Source: Acidobacteriota bacterium (GTDB lineage: Bacteria > Acidobacteriota > Blastocatellia > RBC074). Taken from it: 64,000 nt of DNA. Every line of letters starts with the position of its first letter. Position 1 is the first letter of the stretch. The position numbers were made by a program, and so were the translations under genes. The notes beneath the pieces were generated by a model that worked only from the letters and a program-made list of their open reading frames with translations, was not told the origin of the DNA and ran no database searches. Shown here piece after piece: positions 28,960 to 38,495 of this stretch. The DNA lies in the NCBI GenBank assembly GCA_031423495.1, contig JANPFP010000152.1, positions 2,168-66,167 of the forward strand. The letters run 5' to 3'.

Positions 28960-30666
28960 ATGAGTGTGAGAACGAAACAATTATTAAGCGCAGCGTTGAG
29001 CGTCTTTTTGCTATTGCCGATGACGGCGATGGCGCAGCGCAAAAACGCGAAGCCTGTTAAAGAAACGCCAGCAGATGCGAAGGCCGGACTCGACGCGATC
29101 ACGGCTGAACAGATGCGCCAGATGCTGACCTTCATCGCGGCTGATGAACTCGAAGGACGCAATACGCCTTCGCAAGGGTTAGACATCGCGGCGAAGTTTT
29201 TGGCTTACAACTTGTCGCGTTGGGGATTCAAACCGGCGGGCGATAACGGCACATATTTTCAGCATTTCAACTTGCGGCGCGGACAGATTGACGGTGGACA
29301 GACTACGCTGGCGTTGGGCGCGCAGACCTTCAAGTTCGGCGATGATTTGTTGCCGCGCCCGTTGATCGGCAAAGCGCAGGGCAAGCTCGTTTACGTGGGG
29401 CATGGCCTGATGGTGAAAGCCAAAAACGTAAACGCCTTTGCCGGGCTGGACGTGAAAGACAAGATCGTCATCGCGTCGGAAGGCTCTTTTCCGGCGGGTG
29501 TTCAGCCGAATGATTTGAGCGGCAAACTGGGTGTTGATTACGACACGGCGTCGCATTACGCACTGACGCACGGCGCGCGAGGCGTGTTGCTCGTGCCTAG
29601 TCCGACCATACTCAAATCGTGGGATCGTTTGAAAAGCTCTATGTCGTCGAACAGCCGCCCCAGCATTGATAAAACAGGTGAGGAACCGAGCGCGTTGCCA
29701 ACCGCTTATGTTGGCGAAAAGACGCTGAACGCTTTATTCGATGGCGAACGAGTTAGCGGTGCTGCCGTTTTGCAAGAAGCGGCGAACGTCAAGTTTAGCG
29801 ATTCGTTCGCGCTCAAGGGCGACAAAGAAGTGACGCTTAACGTGGCGGGCAATCTCGAAATTTTGCCTACGCAAAATGTGGTAGCGATTTGGGAAGGCAG
29901 CGACGCGGCGCTCAAGCAGGAATACGTAGCGGTGGGCGCGCATTACGATCACATCGGCGGGCGCGTGCCATCCGATCAAGGCAAGACCGACAACTGGTCG
30001 CGCTATCGTTTGTTCCTCGACGCAGCGGGACGCGCAGGCGGCAAAGATTCGTTATCGAACGGCGCAGATGATGACGGTTCGGGTACGACCGGCGTACTGG
30101 CGATTGCCGAAGCGTTGACCAAAGCGCCAAAGTCGAAGCGTTCAATTTTGCTGGTTTGGCACGCGGGCGAAGAGTGGGGCTTGTGGGGTTCTGAGTATTT
30201 CACAGACCATCCGACGGTTCCGCTGGATAAGATCGTCACGCAACTCAACATTGACATGATCGGTCGCAGCCGCGCTGCCGATAACAAGAACGACCGCGAT
30301 AAAGGACTGACCGATCCGAATTCGATTTATGTCATCGGCTCTAAAAAGATGAGCAGCGAGTTGGGCGAGTTAAGCGAAGCGGTCAACGCCGGTTATCTCA
30401 AGCTGGGCTTTGATTATAAATACGACGACCCGAATGACACTGAGCGGCTGTTCTATCGCAGCGATCATTACAATTACGCGCGCAAAGGCGTACCGATTAT
30501 TTTCTACTTCGACGGCATTCACGTTGATTACCACGGCACTGACGATGAAGTTGATCGCATTGATTTCGAGAAGATGGAAAAGGTCACGCGGACGGTGTTC
30601 GCTACGATGTGGGAACTGGCGAATCGCGCGACGCGCGTGAAAGTGGACAAGCAGCTTTCACAGTAG
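28960..30666 (+). CDS. Secreted M28 family metallopeptidase with PA domain
   Basis: DELEGRNTPSQG, VAVGAHYDHIG, NGADDDGSG, GEEWGLWGS, LNIDMIGR, RSDHYNY, DYHGTDD. The exact start (28936, 28960 or 28966) is uncertain. Confidence 0.92.
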   Translation: MSVRTKQLLSAALSVFLLLPMTAMAQRKNAKPVKETPADAKAGLDAITAEQMRQMLTFIAADELEGRNTPSQGLDIAAKFLAYNLSRWGFKPAGDNGTYFQHFNLRRGQIDGGQTTLALGAQTFKFGDDLLPRPLIGKAQGKLVYVGHGLMVKAKNVNAFAGLDVKDKIVIASEGSFPAGVQPNDLSGKLGVDYDTASHYALTHGARGVLLVPSPTILKSWDRLKSSMSSNSRPSIDKTGEEPSALPTAYVGEKTLNALFDGERVSGAAVLQEAANVKFSDSFALKGDKEVTLNVAGNLEILPTQNVVAIWEGSDAALKQEYVAVGAHYDHIGGRVPSDQGKTDNWSRYRLFLDAAGRAGGKDSLSNGADDDGSGTTGVLAIAEALTKAPKSKRSILLVWHAGEEWGLWGSEYFTDHPTVPLDKIVTQLNIDMIGRSRAADNKNDRDKGLTDPNSIYVIGSKKMSSELGELSEAVNAGYLKLGFDYKYDDPNDTERLFYRSDHYNYARKGVPIIFYFDGIHVDYHGTDDEVDRIDFEKMEKVTRTVFATMWELANRATRVKVDKQLSQ

Positions 30667-30760
30667 GGATCAATAAGCGCGCTTGACGCTCTCAACGTGC
30701 TTCACGCACGATGCTGGCTCATTCCATTCAATTTACTGACAGAATAAGGAGAGGCACTAT

Positions 30761-31564
30761 ATGCAAATTTTCAGAACTCTTTCCCGACTGAGTGTGTGCG
30801 CCGTGCTGGCGTTTGGCGCGCAACTGGTTAGCGCGCAGGCACTGACCAAAGTCGAACGCCCCGCTGGCGTGACCAAACAAATGGCGGAACGCGGTCAGCA
30901 AGACGAAGCGGCTCCGGCCATCAGAATCATCAGTCCCAAAGCGAACGAAGTCATCAAGGGCGACAGTGCGCCGTTGGTGCTTGAGTTGAGCGGCGATTTG
31001 AAAGGCTATCATCCGCACAAAGAACCGACGACGGGGATGGGCAATCACATTCACGTGATTCTCGACAACAACGCTTATGAAGCCTATTACGACATCAAGA
31101 CGCCGTTCACGATTCCGAACCTGGGGCCGGGACAGCATACGATTCGGGTATTCGCTTCGCGCCCGTGGCACGAGAGCTATAAGAACAACAGTTCGTTTGC
31201 GATGGTGACGTTCTCGGCTGTGAACGCCAAAGCCACTGCTGCCACGCGGGTCGCGGCGAAAAGCGGCAAGCCGTTGCTGACCTATAGCCGTCCCAAGGGC
31301 GAATATAAAGGCGCGGCGGCTGATCCGATCATGATTGATTTCTGGCTCGCCAACGCGAAGCTCAAAGGGCAAGGCGGCAAATATCAAGTGCGTTGCACGG
31401 TGGCCGGACAATCCATGCTGCTCGACAAATGGGAGCCGATTTGGCTAAGCGGTTGGACGGCGGGCAAGCATTCGATTCAACTCGAACTGCTCAATGACAA
31501 AGGCCAAGTCGTAGACAACGGCGGATACAACGTGACGACGCGCGAAATCACCGTGGTGAAGTAG
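30761..31564 (+). CDS. Secreted hypothetical protein with two Ig-like beta domains
   Basis: Signal peptide, GNHIHVILDN and GQHTIRVFASRPWHES, second domain ending GKHSIQLEL. Confidence 0.75.
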   Translation: MQIFRTLSRLSVCAVLAFGAQLVSAQALTKVERPAGVTKQMAERGQQDEAAPAIRIISPKANEVIKGDSAPLVLELSGDLKGYHPHKEPTTGMGNHIHVILDNNAYEAYYDIKTPFTIPNLGPGQHTIRVFASRPWHESYKNNSSFAMVTFSAVNAKATAATRVAAKSGKPLLTYSRPKGEYKGAAADPIMIDFWLANAKLKGQGGKYQVRCTVAGQSMLLDKWEPIWLSGWTAGKHSIQLELLNDKGQVVDNGGYNVTTREITVVK

Positions 31565-31644
31565 CGGCAGCTTTCTCTTAACTTTTACGGCCCATCGCTT
31601 GTGCGCTATTGGCGGACGCAGGCGATGGGCTGTTTGCATGTACG

Positions 31645-31750
31645 GTGTCCGTAGCCCGACCGTTAGAGAGGGCTACTTTGCAATGGCGCTTATTGATACC
31701 AACGGGCGCGATGCCGAGGTAGCCCTCTCTAACGGTCGGGCTACGGACAC
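31645..31750. repeat. REP-like inverted pair, GTAGCCCGACCGTTAGAGAGGGCTAC family
   Basis: 32-bp perfect inverted repeat at 31645-31676 and 31719-31750. Confidence 0.85.
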
Positions 31751-31877
31751 AAAGCCATTGCCGTAAAGATTTTCCGCAACTGTTAGGGCAACCGGTTCGT
31801 CTTTTACTTCAAGCGCGTCGGTCTGACAAAATGCGCGCCAGCGAAATTCATCAATAAATGCAGTAGCAGGAATTCAT

Positions 31878-34800
31878 ATGCAGAAGTTGGCAGAAATTTG
31901 TATCAAGCGTCCGGTGTTTGCCGCGATGATTATTTTGGCGTTGGTCGTGGTGGGCGGTTCGAGTTATTTCAAGTTGGGCGTAGATCGTTTTCCGACGATT
32001 GACGTGCCGACGATTTACATTCGCGCGAGCCTGCCCGGCGCGGCGCCTGAAGAGATGGAAACCGGTGTCGTCAAAGTCATCGAAGACGCAGTCAACCGCG
32101 TCGAAGGCATCGAAACCATGCGCGGCGTAGCGCGAAACGGGCAAGCATTCATCATTCTCAATTTCGATCTTAACCGCGACATTGATACCGCTGCGCAAGA
32201 TGTACGCGACCGTTTGCAAGGCATTGCGCGCGAACTGCCAGCGGGAATGGACCCGCCTTCGGTCAACAAATCCGACAACGATTCTTATCCAATTATCACC
32301 GCCGCCATTTCAGGCAATCGTTCGCAACGCGAACTTGCTGAGATTGCCGACAAACGCATTAAGGTCGAACTCGAACGCGCCAACGGCGTCGGTGAAGTTT
32401 TTGTCAACGGCGGCCCTAACCGTGCGATTAACGTTTGGGTAGATGCCGACCGCCTCGCCGCTTACCGCCTGCCGATCACGCAAATCCGCAACGCCATCGT
32501 GAGGCAAAACGCTGACGTACCTGGCGGCAATCTGGATGCAGGCGCGCGCGAACTCACGTTGCGCACGATGGGACGCATCATCGAGCCGCGCGATTTTGAG
32601 AACATCGTCGTCTCAACCGCAGGCGGAGCGCCGATTCGCGTCCGCGATGTGGGTTACGTGACCGACGGCACCAAAGAAATGCGTTCGTTGTCGCGGTTGA
32701 ACGGAGTGCCTTCGGTTTCGATTGGCGTGATTCGCCAGTCGGGCGCGAACACCGTCGCCGTGATCGAGGAAGTAAAGCAAAAGCTCAATCGCATTCAGGC
32801 CGCGATGCCCAGCGATGTGCGCATCGAAGTCATTCAGGATCAGTCGCGCTATATCAACAACGCGCTGCACGAGATCAACGTGCATCTGGTGTTGGGCAGC
32901 ATTCTGGCGTGTCTGGTCGTGTTGCTGTTTATGCGTTCGTGGCGCTCGACGGTGATTGCGGGCATTGCGATTCCGACGTCGGTGATTTCGACCTTCGGCA
33001 TGATGCGCGTACTCGATTTCACCTTGAATAGCGTCACCATGCTGGCGCTCGTGCTAATGGTCGGCATCGTGATTGACGATGCCATCGTGATTCTCGAAAA
33101 CATCTTTCGTTACATCGAAGAAAAGAAAATGCCGCCGATGCAAGCGGCCAAAGAGGCGACGCAGGAAATCGGAATGGCGGTCATGGCGACGACGCTTTCG
33201 CTGGTAGTCATCTTTTTGCCCGTGTCGTTTATGTCTTCGATTTCGGGACGGTTTCTTTATCAGTTCGGGCTGACGGCTTCGGTGGCGATTATGGTCAGCT
33301 TGCTGGTTTCGTTCACGCTGACGCCGATGATGAGCGCGCGCCTGTTAAAAGCGGGCGATGGTGCGAGCGATCATGACGGAGCCTCGCGCCGGGGCTTTTA
33401 CCGTTGGATTGACGCGGCCTATACGTGGATGTTGCACGCGGTGATGCGTTGGCGTTGGGCGGTGGTTTTGCTGGCGGTTGGGGTCATCGCCACGACGCCG
33501 TATTTTTACGGACAAGTGCGGCAGGAATTTATTCCCTCTAACACCGATGAAGGCGAGTTCAGCGTGAACCTCAGCGCGCCCGAAGGCACGAGCCTTTCAG
33601 CGATGAACGAGGCGATTCAAGCGGTCGAAGCTGACTTGAGCGATAAGAAAAAATTCCCCGAAATTCGCTTGATGCTGGCTTCGGTCGGCGGCGGTATGGG
33701 CGGCTTTTCTAACTCGATCAATAACGGCGAAATTTATATTCGTATTGCCTCGCACGAAGAACGTACGGTCAATCTGGGCAAGTTCTGGCAGGGACTAAAA
33801 GCAGGCCGTCCGCTGGCGGTGTTCGACGGCAATTATTCTTCGCGCGACGTGATGGGACGCATTCGGGGCGCGTTGCGCAAATACACTCACTTGCGGCCTT
33901 CCGTGCGCAATCCGCAATCCATCAATCTGGGCAGCGGCCCTTCCGATCTTGATTTCAGTTTGCGTGGCCCTGACGTGATGAAGCTGTATAACGCGGCCAA
34001 CGAGATGCGCGAGTGGGGATTGACTAACGGATTAGTTGACCCTGACGTTTCGCTCAAAATTGATAAGCCCGAGTTGCGCGTCAGGATTGATCGCCAACGC
34101 GCCGCTGACCTGGGCGTAGACCCGACTGACATCGCGACGGCCTTGCGTTTGATGGTGGGCGGCGATGATCGCGTCTCGCGCTTTCACGATGAAGCGGTCA
34201 ACGAAGATTACGATGTCGAAGTCCGGCTCGAAAAAGGCGACCGCAACGATGCCGATACGGTTTCGCGGTTATTCGTGAGTTCCAACAAACTCGGTCTGGT
34301 TTCGCTCGACAATATCGTCACGCTCGAAAAAGCCATCGCTTCGTCGCGCATTGACCGGCAAGATCGCCAGCGCGTCGTCAGCGTACGCGCTTCTATCGCG
34401 CCCCAATACGGCTTGCAGGATCGCATGGACGCCATGCGCGTGGAATTTGCCCGCAAGAATTTAGGTTCCGAATACAGTTACCTGATCGGTGGACGGGGAC
34501 GCGAACTCGAACGTACGTTCAGCGAATTCATTCTCGCTTTTATGTTGTCGGTCGCGTTTATGTACATGATCCTCGCGTCGCAATTTGAGAGCGTGATTCA
34601 CCCGATCACGATTCTATTGAGCATTCCGCTGTCGGTTCCGTTTGCGATGCTGTCGCTGTGGTGGATGAACGACACGCTCAATCTTTATTCGGCGCTCGGC
34701 ATTCTCGTGCTGTTCGGTGTCGTGAAGAAAAACTCCATCCTGCAAATTGATCACATGAACGGGCTACGTGCGAAAGGAATGGAACGCTATCAGGCGATCA

Positions 34801-35084
34801 TTCAAGCCAACCGTGATCGCCTGCGTCCAATTCTGATGACGACGTTCGCGCTGGTCGCAGGCATGTTGCCCCTTGCACTCGGTTCCGGCCCCGGCGCTGA
34901 AGAGCGCCGCTCTATCGCCATCGTCGTCATCGGCGGACAAAGCCTTTCGTTGCTGCTCACGCTGTTGGTGACGCCGGTCGCTTATTCATTGTTTGACGAT
35001 TTGGCGCTCAAGTTCCGTCGTCGTGCGCCCGCGCAAGGCGGTGTCTCGAACTTGCCGCACGTGCAATCAGAGACTGGAGATTAG
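31878..35084 (+). CDS. AcrB/AcrD/AcrF (RND) efflux permease
   Basis: 1068 aa with RPVFAAM, GIVIDDAIVILENIFR, SFTLTPMMSA, KKNSILQID and RLRPILMTT. Confidence 0.95.
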   Translation: MQKLAEICIKRPVFAAMIILALVVVGGSSYFKLGVDRFPTIDVPTIYIRASLPGAAPEEMETGVVKVIEDAVNRVEGIETMRGVARNGQAFIILNFDLNRDIDTAAQDVRDRLQGIARELPAGMDPPSVNKSDNDSYPIITAAISGNRSQRELAEIADKRIKVELERANGVGEVFVNGGPNRAINVWVDADRLAAYRLPITQIRNAIVRQNADVPGGNLDAGARELTLRTMGRIIEPRDFENIVVSTAGGAPIRVRDVGYVTDGTKEMRSLSRLNGVPSVSIGVIRQSGANTVAVIEEVKQKLNRIQAAMPSDVRIEVIQDQSRYINNALHEINVHLVLGSILACLVVLLFMRSWRSTVIAGIAIPTSVISTFGMMRVLDFTLNSVTMLALVLMVGIVIDDAIVILENIFRYIEEKKMPPMQAAKEATQEIGMAVMATTLSLVVIFLPVSFMSSISGRFLYQFGLTASVAIMVSLLVSFTLTPMMSARLLKAGDGASDHDGASRRGFYRWIDAAYTWMLHAVMRWRWAVVLLAVGVIATTPYFYGQVRQEFIPSNTDEGEFSVNLSAPEGTSLSAMNEAIQAVEADLSDKKKFPEIRLMLASVGGGMGGFSNSINNGEIYIRIASHEERTVNLGKFWQGLKAGRPLAVFDGNYSSRDVMGRIRGALRKYTHLRPSVRNPQSINLGSGPSDLDFSLRGPDVMKLYNAANEMREWGLTNGLVDPDVSLKIDKPELRVRIDRQRAADLGVDPTDIATALRLMVGGDDRVSRFHDEAVNEDYDVEVRLEKGDRNDADTVSRLFVSSNKLGLVSLDNIVTLEKAIASSRIDRQDRQRVVSVRASIAPQYGLQDRMDAMRVEFARKNLGSEYSYLIGGRGRELERTFSEFILAFMLSVAFMYMILASQFESVIHPITILLSIPLSVPFAMLSLWWMNDTLNLYSALGILVLFGVVKKNSILQIDHMNGLRAKGMERYQAIIQANRDRLRPILMTTFALVAGMLPLALGSGPGAEERRSIAIVVIGGQSLSLLLTLLVTPVAYSLFDDLALKFRRRAPAQGGVSNLPHVQSETGD

Positions 35085-35834
35085 TTGGCTACTGAACCCC
35101 TTCGCCTTTCCAAACTCATGACCCAACGCGGTATCTGTTCGCGCCGCGAGGCTGATCGTTACATCGAACAGGGACTTGTTCGCGTCAACGGCGAAGTCAT
35201 CAGCCAACTCGGTACGCGTGTCGCGCCTGACGTAAAGATCGAACTCGCGCGCGCCGCGCAACAACAGCAAGCACAACTCGTCACGATCATGCTCAACAAA
35301 CCGGTGGGCTATGTTTCTACGCAACCCGAACCGGGTTATCTGCCTGCTATTCAACTCGTCACCGCTGCCAATCAATTTGAGGATAGAGGCCAGCGCTTGA
35401 AATTCCGCGACGGGTTGTCAGTCGTAGGCCGCCTCGACATCGAATCGCAAGGCTTGCTGCTTTTCACGCAAGACGGACGCCTCGCCAAACGCATCATCGG
35501 CGAACAATTCACCACTGAAAAAGAATATCTTGTCCGTGTCACGGGCGGTTATCTTGACGAAGCCCGCCTCAAACTCTTGCGCCACGGCCTCTCGCTCGAC
35601 GGCGAACCGCTCAAGCCCGCGCAGGTCGAATACATCAATGACGACCAGCTTCGCTTTGTGTTGACCGAAGGCAAGAAACGCCAGATTCGCCGGATGTGCG
35701 ATCTGGTCAATTTGCGCGTGGTGGGATTGAAGCGCGTACGCATTGGAGGCTTGCGCCTCGGCAATTTGCCTGAAGGGAAGTGGCGGTTCGTGCAGGCTGA
35801 AGAATTAGTGCGTATGGAAATGCGGGGAGCCTGA
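35085..35834 (+). CDS. RNA pseudouridine synthase (RsuA/RluF family) with S4 domain
   Basis: [18 protein letters not shown] (S4), [39 protein letters not shown] start. Confidence 0.93.
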   Translation: MATEPLRLSKLMTQRGICSRREADRYIEQGLVRVNGEVISQLGTRVAPDVKIELARAAQQQQAQLVTIMLNKPVGYVSTQPEPGYLPAIQLVTAANQFEDRGQRLKFRDGLSVVGRLDIESQGLLLFTQDGRLAKRIIGEQFTTEKEYLVRVTGGYLDEARLKLLRHGLSLDGEPLKPAQVEYINDDQLRFVLTEGKKRQIRRMCDLVNLRVVGLKRVRIGGLRLGNLPEGKWRFVQAEELVRMEMRGA

Positions 35835-35857
35835 TCGCCCCCCGCGTCGCCCGTGGT

Positions 35858-36502
35858 TTATTTCGGTACTTTCGCCCAATCCGTCAAAAATTGATTCAAC
35901 ACGATGTCGGTCAGCGGATGATTGTAAAGCTGATCGAGAATATCGAAGGCCATCGTACTCACATCTGCTCCCGCCAGCGCGCATTCCAGCACGTGCGTTG
36001 GGTGACGCAACGCCGCCGCAATAATCTGAGTCTGAAAGCCGTAGTTGTCATAGATCGTGCGAATCTGTTCGACCAAATCCATGCCGGTGTGGCCGATGGA
36101 GTCGAGGCGACCTACGAAAGGGCTGATATAAGTCGCGCCACACTTGGCGGCAATCAGTGCCTGCAACGGTGAGAACGTAACCGTGACGTTGGTCTTGATG
36201 CCTTCGGCGCTCAAGACTTTGACGGCTTTGAGTCCCTCTTTGATGATCGGGATTTTGACGACGACGTTTTTATGCAGCTTCGCCAACTCGCGGCCTTCGG
36301 CAATGATTTCAGGTGCAGTGACGGCAATCGTCTCAAGAGAAACCGGGCCGTCTACAATATCTAAAATCTCTGCGTAAACCTCTGAAGCCTTGCGCCCCGT
36401 TTTGCTCACGTGCGAAGGGTTCGTCGTTACGCCATCAATGATGCCCCAGCTCCAAGCCTCGCGGACTTCGGTAACGTGGGCGCTGTCGAGAAAGAGTTTC
36501 AT
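35858..36502 (-). CDS. fsa: Fructose-6-phosphate aldolase / transaldolase (short type)
   Basis: MKLFLDSA, GVTTNPS, VVVKIP, TNVTVTFS, YISPFVGRLD. Confidence 0.92.
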   Translation of the reverse strand: MKLFLDSAHVTEVREAWSWGIIDGVTTNPSHVSKTGRKASEVYAEILDIVDGPVSLETIAVTAPEIIAEGRELAKLHKNVVVKIPIIKEGLKAVKVLSAEGIKTNVTVTFSPLQALIAAKCGATYISPFVGRLDSIGHTGMDLVEQIRTIYDNYGFQTQIIAAALRHPTHVLECALAGADVSTMAFDILDQLYNHPLTDIVLNQFLTDWAKVPK

Positions 36503-36514
36503 AAATAAATCCTT

Positions 36515-36612
36515 CAGGGAGTCAGGAGTCAGGAGTCAGAATTCAGGAGTCAGAATCAGAAGGCAACGCAATTGCATTTCATTCTGACTCCTGACTCCTG
36601 GCTCCTGAATTC
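36515..36612. repeat. Heptamer (CAGGAGT) tandem hairpin overlapping the 3' end of the dehydrogenase gene
   Basis: ggagtcaggagtcaggagtcaga ... ttctgactcctgactcctggctcctg. It encodes the final residues (SGARSQESE) of the adjacent ORF. Confidence 0.75.
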
Positions 36613-37577
36613 TTCTTCATAGGTTTTGAAAAATTCGCAAAATATTTTGCTTCGCCGCCGTGCAAGACCGCCGCTACATCGCGGCAGATTGCGGTGACGA
36701 CGCGGTGTTGGGCTTCGCGGGTTTGCGCGCCGATGTGTGGCAGTTGAATGACGTTATCCATTGCGTCAAACGCGCTGGGCGCGGGTGGTTCCTGTAGCCT
36801 CACTTCGAGCGCAGCGCCTGCGATGCGTCGCTCTTGCAATGCGTTGAGCAGCGCGTCTTCTTGCACGATACCGCCGCGCGCCGTGTTGAGAAAGTATGCC
36901 GTTGGCTTCATCAGCGCGAATTCGTCAGTGCCAAACATGCCGCGCGTCTCTTCGGTTTCGGGCAAGTGCAGCGTGACGTAATCGGCGTTGGCTAACACGT
37001 CTTCTAGATAGGTCAGTCGCGTACGGCTTTCGAGCGCGCGCAAGCTGCCGGCGTCAACATAAGGGTCATACGCGATGACGTTCATGCCCAACGCGCGGGC
37101 TTTGATTGCCAGCACGCTGCCGATGCGCCCGAAGCCCACGATGCCCAGCGTCTTGCCCGAAATTTCAGTACCCATAAAACGCGGACGATCCCAACGCCCC
37201 GCTTTGGTGTCGCGGTCAGCCAGCGACAACTTGCGCGACAGCGCGATCAACAATCCGATAGTGAGTTCGGCGACGGAATTTGAATTCTGTTCGGGCGTGA
37301 GGGCTACGACAATGCCGTGATCGTTGGCGGCTGGCAGGTCTACGTTATCCATGCCTACGCCGGCGCGCCCGATGATTTCGAGACGCGGAGCCGCCGCCAT
37401 CAGTTCGCGCGTGAGTTGCGTTTGATTGCGCGCAATGATCGCGCGGAAGTTGGAAATGGTTTCGATCAGCTTGTCTTGCTGCTGCCAGAGGTCAGGCGCA
37501 AAGACGAGATCGAATTGCTGACGCAATTCATCCATTGCGGTGCCGATGATGTTTTCTGTTACGAGAATGTCGGGCAT
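36579..37577 (-). CDS. D-isomer-specific 2-hydroxyacid dehydrogenase (SerA-like catalytic domains, no ACT domain)
   Basis: RAGVGMDNVD, TLGIVGFGRIG, VTLHLPET, NTARGGIV, PHIGAQT. Confidence 0.9.
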   Translation of the reverse strand: MPDILVTENIIGTAMDELRQQFDLVFAPDLWQQQDKLIETISNFRAIIARNQTQLTRELMAAAPRLEIIGRAGVGMDNVDLPAANDHGIVVALTPEQNSNSVAELTIGLLIALSRKLSLADRDTKAGRWDRPRFMGTEISGKTLGIVGFGRIGSVLAIKARALGMNVIAYDPYVDAGSLRALESRTRLTYLEDVLANADYVTLHLPETEETRGMFGTDEFALMKPTAYFLNTARGGIVQEDALLNALQERRIAGAALEVRLQEPPAPSAFDAMDNVIQLPHIGAQTREAQHRVVTAICRDVAAVLHGGEAKYFANFSKPMKKNSGARSQESE

Positions 37578-37609
37578 AAATCTTTGAGGGCAATACGGAG
37601 AGTGTGAGC

Positions 37610-38000
37610 GAAATAGTCTTTACGCAAATGACAAAAGCGTTTTTTTCACCCGGCTGAGCCGGTTGGAACGACGTAACGAACTCCGACTTGACCATCGTTG
37701 ACGATCACGCTGTCAACCAGCAGTTCGACCAAATATCTGCGTTGGACAAAAAGAGATTTTCGGCTTATGCGCTGGCATAAGTTCTCAACGCCTGCGGCAA
37801 GGAGTGCGAGATTGAGTGGTTTTTGCTTGCGCTCCAAGTTCTTTGAATTGTTGTGCCAGTCCAGTCAGCAGCACGAGCGAGAAGCCTGCCAAGCGTACCC
37901 GCTCGCGCAAGCGGTCAAGTCCGTGCCGTGCCGTTTTCGCTCCGCTACAGCCGTCGTCAAGAAAGGTGTTTTCCGGCGCGAGATGCCACTCCGGTTTTTG
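37610..38000 (-). pseudogene. Internally deleted large serine recombinase remnant
   Basis: Manual translation gives a catalytic-domain fragment EWHLAPENTFLDDGCSGAKTARHGLDRLRERV (~37900-37991). This is joined to a C-terminal fragment QRRYLVELLVDSVIVNDGQVGVRYVVPTG, then, after a stop and frameshift, FCHLRKDYF (37610-37636). Confidence 0.7.
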
Positions 38001-38073
38001 CGCGAGGCCAGCTTAGACTATTTCCCAGTAGCGCAGCACCGCGCTTAACCCCCGCAGGTTATTTCTTGGCGGA

Positions 38074-38433
38074 TTACTGCTTGAGCGTTCGGGTGAAGGC
38101 CACGACGTTATCCATCTCTGCGGGCGTGAGCGGACGTGGGTCTTTGATCGCCTGCATTTTGCCGAAGCCGTCGGTCATGGACTTGCGAAGCTCGGCATCG
38201 CTCTTGTCCTGAACCACCTTGGAGCCAAGATGCACGAGGGGCGCTTTCACCAGCCGGTACATCTTGGGTACGCCTTCGCCCAATTCGCCGTGGCACTTTT
38301 TGCAGCTGGTCATATACAAGGCTTTGCCAGCCACTGCGTCCCCCTTGGGTTTTTCCTGCGCTTGAGACCTCGACGTAGCCATTAAGGCGATCATCATCAA
38401 AGCCACTGTCAGAGCAAATACGTATCGTTTCAT
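38074..38433 (-). CDS. Periplasmic monoheme cytochrome c
   Basis: Signal peptide, a single CKKCH, and a distal Met candidate in GFGKMQ. Confidence 0.88.
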   Translation of the reverse strand: MKRYVFALTVALMMIALMATSRSQAQEKPKGDAVAGKALYMTSCKKCHGELGEGVPKMYRLVKAPLVHLGSKVVQDKSDAELRKSMTDGFGKMQAIKDPRPLTPAEMDNVVAFTRTLKQ

Positions 38434-38495
38434 TTGTTACGGACTCCTTTTTTTCAAAGCAAAGTATAAGGCAATAACGACGGAGCAGACCGCCG

